Source: a virus
DNA: 64,000 bases
IMG/VR virus record: IMGVR_UViG_3300032323_001119
Coordinates: 32,001-96,000 of that record
Direction: 5' to 3' (one strand)
A program made the translations under genes and the position numbers. Positions 57,761 through 64,000 of the stretch are shown here, piece by piece. The notes under the pieces are model-generated. The model saw only the letters and a list, made by a program, of their open reading frames with translations. It was not told where the DNA came from and searched no databases. The stretch's first letter is position 1; every line of letters begins with the position of its first letter.

Positions 57761-58267
57761 CTAGTCAAATCTGCCGTTTTGTCCCACTGTCCTTGAATAC
57801 TTTACCTCTAGGATGACATCTGCTGCCAGGAATCCTGCTAGCTCTGTAGATGGTTCAGTTGGGGACATTTCGAGTATAAGGGTATTGTGAAATATTATCT
57901 TGTCTGTAGACTTTGACATGTTTAGGTCTCTAGCTGAATCATCCATTCTTCTAAATACGTCAATCATCATGTTTCGGATTATATTGATTTCAGCAAAGTC
58001 TACTGAGTATATAGTAAATGATATCTTCTCGCAGCATATCATCCAGTTCTCCTCATAAGTGCTGCCTATCTTGTCATAGACTATATGAGTCTTTCCGCTC
58101 AAGAATTGATTCATTTCTGGCGCTTGTTGAACTGGAATAATTGGGATAATTGATTCACCGAGATTATCGCTATAGTAAGCATTTTGATCAATTATGTTGT
58201 TTGACAAAAGCTCTTGCCAAAGATGCTTTCTTATGTCGTACATAGCGTCTATTCCATAATTAGTCAT
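57761..58267 (-). CDS. putative tail terminator
   Basis: Position and size upstream of the major tail gene. Confidence 0.6.
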   Translation of the reverse strand: MTNYGIDAMYDIRKHLWQELLSNNIIDQNAYYSDNLGESIIPIIPVQQAPEMNQFLSGKTHIVYDKIGSTYEENWMICCEKISFTIYSVDFAEINIIRNMMIDVFRRMDDSARDLNMSKSTDKIIFHNTLILEMSPTEPSTELAGFLAADVILEVKYSRTVGQNGRFD

Positions 58268-59061
58268 TAAAATACTCCTCCGAATTTTTCTGTTAGTGCC
58301 GCCTCGGCCTGTAGTCTAATTGTACCTGGACTAAAGGAATAACGCACCTTGGCAATAGATGAAGGAACTTTCATTGCTCTTTCAAACTTAGCCCCAAATA
58401 GGTTCTGGAATCCAGACATCTTTATTGAGTTGCTAACCATTGGTCCACTAAAGTATCTACTATATGTTAAATCAAATTGATTTGTAGACGCCCTTCCTCC
58501 AGGGCTTTTTACTGTAACGGACTTGCCCTTTGGCATAAAAACTGTTTCTCCGTCAATTTCAAAAACTAATCTCTCAGCCGACTTTGGTCTAATTACAACT
58601 GGCATTCCCTTTTCCATGACATATGCTTTTCTTTCAAAAACATATCTGCTGGTCTGCTCTCTATTCTTAGATGGAACTGATGATTTAGAAAGCTTAAACT
58701 CATAATTAATTCTAAATGATAATCCAGCCCCGTCCATTTGGTTTAACTTAAAAAGACGACTAGAAGTTTGCCCTGTCTTATTCCACTCATAAACATGGTG
58801 CAATGACTTTGGCTTTGTCCTAGCTTGAGAATCAATGAATAGGCCAAAATCTTTTTCTATCTGATTAAATATTGTTGTTTTAAATAGTCTTTGAAATGCT
58901 TTGTTAGACTCTAGTCTGGCTGCTACGTTTGCCTGATAGTATAAGAATGCAGATATTTGAGCAACATTGCTATCTTTTAAAACGCCAGCCTGAGATGATC
59001 CTACCATCAATCTCTCTAGACCAGAAGAAGCTTGAAGTAGTGCTACTCCACTAGTCTCCAA
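58267..59061 (-). CDS. neck/tail-completion protein
   Basis: Position in the head-tail module. Confidence 0.55.
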   Translation of the reverse strand: METSGVALLQASSGLERLMVGSSQAGVLKDSNVAQISAFLYYQANVAARLESNKAFQRLFKTTIFNQIEKDFGLFIDSQARTKPKSLHHVYEWNKTGQTSSRLFKLNQMDGAGLSFRINYEFKLSKSSVPSKNREQTSRYVFERKAYVMEKGMPVVIRPKSAERLVFEIDGETVFMPKGKSVTVKSPGGRASTNQFDLTYSRYFSGPMVSNSIKMSGFQNLFGAKFERAMKVPSSIAKVRYSFSPGTIRLQAEAALTEKFGGVF

Positions 59062-59479
59062 TTAATTGACTCTCTGATCTTTTAGCAATTGAGTTGTAAG
59101 CCATTAAATTACCGAATGGGTCTGTTATCGGTGTTGAGCTTGTTATTTCAAATACGGTTGGGGTATCATTTGGATAATTTAACTCTACCCATATTGGGTT
59201 ATTAGAGCTGTCTCTAATGTTTGTTACTTTCTCTCTGTATGTTAATTTTGTTTCTGTTCTAATTTCAATAGTCTGATTATCTACATACTTAACAGAAATT
59301 GCTCTATTATCTCCACCCCTGCTTGTTGCAGAGTTGGTTATTATTCCTTTTGCAAAGCACGGTATGGTTCTTTGGTAAATCCAAGACTTTTTTATTGCGC
59401 CAGTATTTTGGTCTTGATAATCCTCTTGAGCATAAACATCTATTTTCATGCTAAGAATAGAGTCTACGATTCTGTTCAT
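59051..59479 (-). CDS. head closure/stopper protein
   Basis: Position; beta-rich 142 aa. Confidence 0.6.
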   Translation of the reverse strand: MNRIVDSILSMKIDVYAQEDYQDQNTGAIKKSWIYQRTIPCFAKGIITNSATSRGGDNRAISVKYVDNQTIEIRTETKLTYREKVTNIRDSSNNPIWVELNYPNDTPTVFEITSSTPITDPFGNLMAYNSIAKRSESQLIGD

Positions 59480-60459
59480 TATATCAAAACCATTGTACTT
59501 AAGACATATGCTGACAAAAGCTGGTCTGCGTAGTTGTTTCCAGTGCCGCTAAATGTTGCAGTGTCATATTCAAACTGCCAGTCAAATGTCTGTATGCTCT
59601 TTAGGTACTTGTTTCTCCAGTCTTTATCTTTAGAGAAGAAGTCTTTCATTAGCTCTATAGCTGCTAATTGAACTTCATGAGGGACTTCATCCCAACCATA
59701 TCTTCCTTCAATTCTATAAGCCCCGCCATTAACAAATGACCCATTGCCGTAATCATTAATGCTTGGAGGAATCATTCCGTTAGCTGTATAAACAACATTG
59801 TCTAATAAGCCAGATTTATTGACCTTTATCCCGAATCCACTAGAAGATATTTCTACTGGAACATTCCAGTTATCAATGTTATTTAATCTATCTACTAAAA
59901 GAATATCGTTTAGGTGTATTGAGTGTATTTCATTTATCTTGTATGGCAAAGGAAGAACCTCTGAGCCAGTAGCATAAATTATATTAACATCATCATACAA
60001 ATAAAATTCTTGTCCAGTGTAGCTTTCAATTAGCTTTCTTGCATATCTTTCTGCAGCAGCTAAATCGGCAAATGTCTTGTAGTTAGGATCAGACTGATCA
60101 AAACCAAATCCTAATGTCTCTGCGGCTTCTGTTAAATCAACATATGGCTTTACGACATCAAGCAAGTGCTCTTTTGTTACACTTTCTTCATCTACTTCAT
60201 ATTCCCAAACTAGCCTCAATGTCCTTGGTCTATCTGTTAAAGATATTGGAGGATATACCAGATATACGCCCCTATCTGTTTCTGCCTCTTCGGCAGTTTG
60301 GGTTAGAAGTAAAGTGTTTGGATTTATAGAAGGCTCTACTGATGGATCATTTGTTACATCATAAAATTTAACAGTAGGCAAAGAGTCTGCTTGGGCTATC
60401 CCGCCCTTCCAAAATACTCTTTGCTTTACTGGTGAGTTTGTTCCTACTATAATTTCCAT
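59479..60459 (-). CDS. head-tail adaptor
   Basis: ARKLIESYTGQEF...YGWDEVPHEVQLAAIEL...ADQLLSAY. Confidence 0.75.
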   Translation of the reverse strand: MEIIVGTNSPVKQRVFWKGGIAQADSLPTVKFYDVTNDPSVEPSINPNTLLLTQTAEEAETDRGVYLVYPPISLTDRPRTLRLVWEYEVDEESVTKEHLLDVVKPYVDLTEAAETLGFGFDQSDPNYKTFADLAAAERYARKLIESYTGQEFYLYDDVNIIYATGSEVLPLPYKINEIHSIHLNDILLVDRLNNIDNWNVPVEISSSGFGIKVNKSGLLDNVVYTANGMIPPSINDYGNGSFVNGGAYRIEGRYGWDEVPHEVQLAAIELMKDFFSKDKDWRNKYLKSIQTFDWQFEYDTATFSGTGNNYADQLLSAYVLSTMVLI

Positions 60460-60474
60460 TTGTTGCGTTTAAGC

Positions 60475-60870
60475 TTAGCCGTAATATTCCTGAACTTCCT
60501 TTGGTGTGGCTAAACGAAAACCCTCCTCTTTATCAAAAATTTGTTGAGCTGAGTCTTTATGCATTGCTACAAACGGATGAGTCTGAGTAAATGTGTGACC
60601 CATAATATCGTATCTATGGTTTGCTCTTGTCATCATGACCAATACTGTATCTTCTGTGCGCTCTGCCTTTGGATCAAATATTGGAAGAATCTCAACCTCT
60701 TCTTTTGCATCTTCTACGTCTTTTAGTGTTTTTTCATATACTGCATATGTAACACCTTCTTCTGCTAGTGCTGCAATTATATCCTGCTTGTTCTTAAGTC
60801 CGTCTGTTTCGACTGCAAACTCTTCTGCAATCGCCTTTAGTTCTCCGACCTTTAATGTGTCAAAAGACAT
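60475..60870 (-). CDS. hypothetical protein with Rho-N/HeH-like N-terminus
   Basis: LKVGELKAIAEEF......KNKQDII. Confidence 0.65.
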   Translation of the reverse strand: MSFDTLKVGELKAIAEEFAVETDGLKNKQDIIAALAEEGVTYAVYEKTLKDVEDAKEEVEILPIFDPKAERTEDTVLVMMTRANHRYDIMGHTFTQTHPFVAMHKDSAQQIFDKEEGFRLATPKEVQEYYG

Positions 60871-60922
60871 TTATTACTCCTTTTTCTAGGTAAAACCATT
60901 ATAGCATTGTATAATTAAAATG

Positions 60923-60953
60923 AAAAGCCCCCAAATTTAATTGGGGGCCTTTC
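60923..60953 (-). terminator. intrinsic terminator after the capsid gene
   Basis: GCCCCCAA-TTAAAT-TTGGGGGC-TTTT. Confidence 0.85.
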
Positions 60954-60969
60954 TTAGATTAATTCCTAA

Positions 60970-62019
60970 TTAGGAAGCAACCTTAACGTTCTTTACAACT
61001 ACCCAAGCATCTGCCTGTTCGATTTGAACGCCAACACGAGTATACATTGTGTACTCGATTGAGTCCTTACGTGGCCAGAAGAATCGGTAAACAGTTACGT
61101 CACGCTTAACACCAACAACAACGTTGTTAGGGAATGTCAAGTGAACATCTCCGTGTGATCCTGTAGCCTGTGAGTAGTCACCAGTCTGTGTCTCTGGAAG
61201 AAGTGGAACTTCAACGATTGGAATACCGAAAGCGTATGGAGCTACGTATCCTGCTGGTCCACCTAGAGGGGCGACATCTCCACGGATGATGCCTGAAGCA
61301 ATATCCTGTGGGTTAACATTCTGGATGTTTTGTGATGTTGCGTATAGGTAATCCTGGATCAAGTTTGATCCTGCAAGGAAGCGTAGGTCTGTGCGACGCT
61401 GCTTGTACTTACGTGGAAGTGCCTTAAGTGCTGAGTTAAATACAGCACGTGAAAGTCCTGCACCTGCTGCGTCTACGACGTGTGCATTTGCCTTGGCCTT
61501 CTTTACAACACCGTCAAATGCCTTGTAAAGAGCATCTGATGAAAGTGCTGTGTTACCGTTAAGTAGAACGTCTTCAATGTCGTTACCAGCCTGAGTTGCC
61601 ATCATACGTGCGATGTGGTCTTCTAGATCTGGACCTTCGATATTGTCTTCTAGTGACTCTGTTGAGAGCTCCCAGTCAAGACGTAGCTTCTTTGTTGTGA
61701 GAGAGATCTTTGAGAATGTGACTGCTGAATTTGTACCAGTGTTGTCACCTTCTGTAGCGAGCTTCATAAGCTTCTCGCCTACTCCGATTCTATCAATTTC
61801 TGTTGTGTCAGACTTCATTCTGACTGTACGTGCGACTTTTCCAATTACGGTTGCGTCGAACATATAGTCTAGGAAACGAGCTGATTGCTCTGGGTTGAGA
61901 AGACCACCATTGCCGTTTTCAGACGCAGTGTGAATTCCATCTCCACCAGTTGTTGATGCGAAAGTTCCTGTAGCTGTTGTTCCAGCTGCGATTGCTTTCT
62001 CTAATGTTTCATTACTCAT
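60970..62019 (-). CDS. major capsid protein (HK97 fold)
   Basis: GGLLNPEQ, ESLEDNIEG, LLNGN, FGIPIVEVP; position after the protease. Confidence 0.92.
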   Translation of the reverse strand: MSNETLEKAIAAGTTATGTFASTTGGDGIHTASENGNGGLLNPEQSARFLDYMFDATVIGKVARTVRMKSDTTEIDRIGVGEKLMKLATEGDNTGTNSAVTFSKISLTTKKLRLDWELSTESLEDNIEGPDLEDHIARMMATQAGNDIEDVLLNGNTALSSDALYKAFDGVVKKAKANAHVVDAAGAGLSRAVFNSALKALPRKYKQRRTDLRFLAGSNLIQDYLYATSQNIQNVNPQDIASGIIRGDVAPLGGPAGYVAPYAFGIPIVEVPLLPETQTGDYSQATGSHGDVHLTFPNNVVVGVKRDVTVYRFFWPRKDSIEYTMYTRVGVQIEQADAWVVVKNVKVAS

Positions 62020-62034
62020 ATTATTTCACCTACC

Positions 62035-63405
62035 CTAGTTAAATATTTCGTTTACGGAACCGAGGAAAGAACCGTTCCATTTTGATTTGTTTTTTGCTAA
62101 TACCTCAGACCCGCCAAGGTCAGAGGACTTCTTAATTGCTGTATCGCCTTCTACGGCATCTACACGCTTTTGAACACCATCAATGGTGCTCTTTATTTCT
62201 GAAACAGCTGCACTAAGTGCGCTGTGCTTTTCTGCTAATTCTGTAATTTGAGCGTTAACGCCCTTGCTAAAAGTCTCTACAGTTTCCTTGATTTCTGAAA
62301 CCTGCACTGCATTTGCCTCTGTAGCCTTGCTAAGAGTATCTGCAAAGAATCCCTTTAGGTCTACTAACATTTTTGCAAAATCAGGCTCTTCATTTTCTAC
62401 TGCAGTATCTGCTGGAAGAGCATCAACCGACTTAAAGACATCTACAGAAGCAGAGTCTGCATCTTCTGCTGAATCAGCAGCTGGTGCATCTTCGACAACA
62501 GGAGCATCAGATGCTACTACGGTCTCTTCAACGATTGCTTCGACAGCTGGTGCTTCTGCAACTGGTGTTGCTTCTACAACTGCTGGATCTTCAGCTTTTA
62601 CGTTTAGTTTTTCCACTTCATTACCTCCTTGTACGTTTGCCTGTTTTGCGATTGTTTGTGTTGCAGGCAACGAAACTCTTGACTTCTGAAATGAAGCAAG
62701 AATCTTATCTATCTCTTTTGATTTGTTTGTGTCTGAGCTTTCAACCCATCCAATTAGCGCTGCATCTTTTCCAGTAACTGGAGAGACGTATGTTTTTTCT
62801 GTCGAGATAAAAACAGAATCGCTTTCTTCGCAATAAAAAATATTTTCAGTAACTACATCTGCAGCCATGCCCTTAAATATAAGTTGGCCATTCATTTTTT
62901 CAATTGATACAATATTGCACATTTCATTAGCTGGTGAATCAACAATAGAAAGTTCAACAAGGTCGTACTCTTTAATAAATCTTACAGTTTGTCCTGTAGC
63001 CTTATTGATCTCGTTGTCTGATTCTTTAATCTTTCCGCCGATTGAAAAACCAGTGAGAGTGCCATCTAAAACTTTTTCCCAAGTATCTTGTGCGCCTTTT
63101 GAAATGTAAGAAGTTACATAAACTCCGTTATAAAATTCTTTAGACTTTACGTCATAAAATGTTTCTGGTTTAAATGAAACAACTTTACCTACGGCCAATG
63201 GCTGATGCATTTCTCTTAAGTTTCCTCTAAAACTTTCAAATGCTTTTAAGCTTGCTTCAGCAGTTACGACGTCTCCTGTTTGGTCTACGTTATCAAGTGT
63301 AGCAAAACCAGAGACTGTTCTTGTCTCTCTGTTTACTTTTGTAAATGGGACAGAGAGGTGTATATTTTGGCCTTCTGAGGACCATTGAGATTTTTCAATG
63401 TTCAT
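62035..63405 (-). CDS. prohead protease fused to acidic scaffold-like region
   Basis: VSGFAT...REMH...GFSIGG...ELSIVDSPAN; acidic linker and coiled coil. Confidence 0.9.
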   Translation of the reverse strand: MNIEKSQWSSEGQNIHLSVPFTKVNRETRTVSGFATLDNVDQTGDVVTAEASLKAFESFRGNLREMHQPLAVGKVVSFKPETFYDVKSKEFYNGVYVTSYISKGAQDTWEKVLDGTLTGFSIGGKIKESDNEINKATGQTVRFIKEYDLVELSIVDSPANEMCNIVSIEKMNGQLIFKGMAADVVTENIFYCEESDSVFISTEKTYVSPVTGKDAALIGWVESSDTNKSKEIDKILASFQKSRVSLPATQTIAKQANVQGGNEVEKLNVKAEDPAVVEATPVAEAPAVEAIVEETVVASDAPVVEDAPAADSAEDADSASVDVFKSVDALPADTAVENEEPDFAKMLVDLKGFFADTLSKATEANAVQVSEIKETVETFSKGVNAQITELAEKHSALSAAVSEIKSTIDGVQKRVDAVEGDTAIKKSSDLGGSEVLAKNKSKWNGSFLGSVNEIFN

Positions 63406-63458
63406 ATGCTTAATTTTATACGTGTCTATCTAAAAATGCAAATAGCAGTTGATTAGAT

Positions 63459-64000
63459 TTAGTCGACCCTATTTCCTTCACCTTTAGCATTTCTTCCTTC
63501 TCCAACTTTATCTGAAGAAGCGGCAGATCTTTCTGAGTCCCTGGCTCTTGTCTTGCCAGCATTAGCTCTTTGATCGGCAGCCTGCTGAGGCTTTAGCTCT
63601 ACCATTTCATCTCCGCCATCTACGGGAATCATGCCTTTTCTAATTCTTACCTCATTAGGGGTAATTACCTGCATTCTAAGATATCTTTCATCTATCTGAG
63701 ATTGCGTATCTTCATCGGTCAATGTAAGCTCTTCGAATTTAATCTTTAGGGCGTCAGTCTTTTCTTCAATTATTGCATTAATTCTTTTTTCTAGTCTCAT
63801 TTGTGCTGGACGGCAAACCTGCTCTTTAAATGTCTTGTCTGCGTCCCTTGCAACTGCTAAATTAACTCCCTCTGGAGTTCCAATTTTATTAATTGGGACA
63901 CGGTGAGCTAAAAGTATTTCATCTCTATTAGATTGTCTATATATATTAAATGAAGATTCTTGAGCACCAGCTTCAACTGGCTCCATCTTAAATTCAACTT
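63459..64000 (-). CDS. portal protein, C-terminal part (truncated by the window edge)
   Basis: EILLAHRVP...ITPNEVR...P..GGD; upstream of the protease. Confidence 0.85.
   Translation of the reverse strand, partial: VEFKMEPVEAGAQESSFNIYRQSNRDEILLAHRVPINKIGTPEGVNLAVARDADKTFKEQVCRPAQMRLEKRINAIIEEKTDALKIKFEELTLTDEDTQSQIDERYLRMQVITPNEVRIRKGMIPVDGGDEMVELKPQQAADQRANAGKTRARDSERSAASSDKVGEGRNAKGEGNRVD

Noticed and set aside
184-63109. All plus-strand ORFs in the track (e.g. 6774..7358, 15061..15486, 31783..32394, 62264..62689)
   Set aside because: They are antisense shadows of Ala/Thr-rich or conserved minus-strand genes, with no motifs or expression signals.
1-64000. Alternative genetic code / stop-codon recoding
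   Set aside because: Long genes are intact in the standard code, TAA, TAG and TGA all end genes, and no suppressor tRNA is present (the 21431 tRNA reads TCT, not CTA).

Overview
The whole 64 kb window is one segment of a large, AT-rich, lytic-type tailed phage (siphovirus-like). Every credible gene is on the minus strand. Reading along the genes (high to low coordinates): portal (partial), prohead protease/scaffold, major capsid, neck, major tail, tail chaperones with a -1 frameshift site, a 2953-aa tape measure protein (TMP), tail tip and fibre genes; then a replication module (metallophosphoesterase, DnaB, DnaG, SSB, DnaE, RecA, Cas4-like nuclease, two resolvases); then terminase, tRNAs and a CHAP endolysin; then a long accessory region (IMPDH/GMP reductase, thermonuclease, Hsp20, JmjC, PA14 surface protein, WhiB, Ntn protease, S8 protease, thioredoxin, LLM monooxygenase, 2OG-Fe(II) oxygenases, KatG, HAD phosphatase, dNMP kinase). 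WhiB and many leaderless promoters point to an actinobacterial host, probably a low-GC freshwater lineage (inference). The most notable observations are: (1) the TMP carries repeat-delimited cargo cassettes, including a protein-kinase-like domain with intact motifs and a possible His-Me nuclease, suggesting an effector payload injected with the DNA; (2) a phage catalase-peroxidase; (3) two covarying H-type pseudoknots 3' of the katG operon and hsp20; (4) a dense promoter grammar (11 leaderless starts, 5' hairpins, a shared AATCAAC motif); (5) three secreted Ala-rich surface proteins. All calls come from motif recognition by eye; no database search was run.
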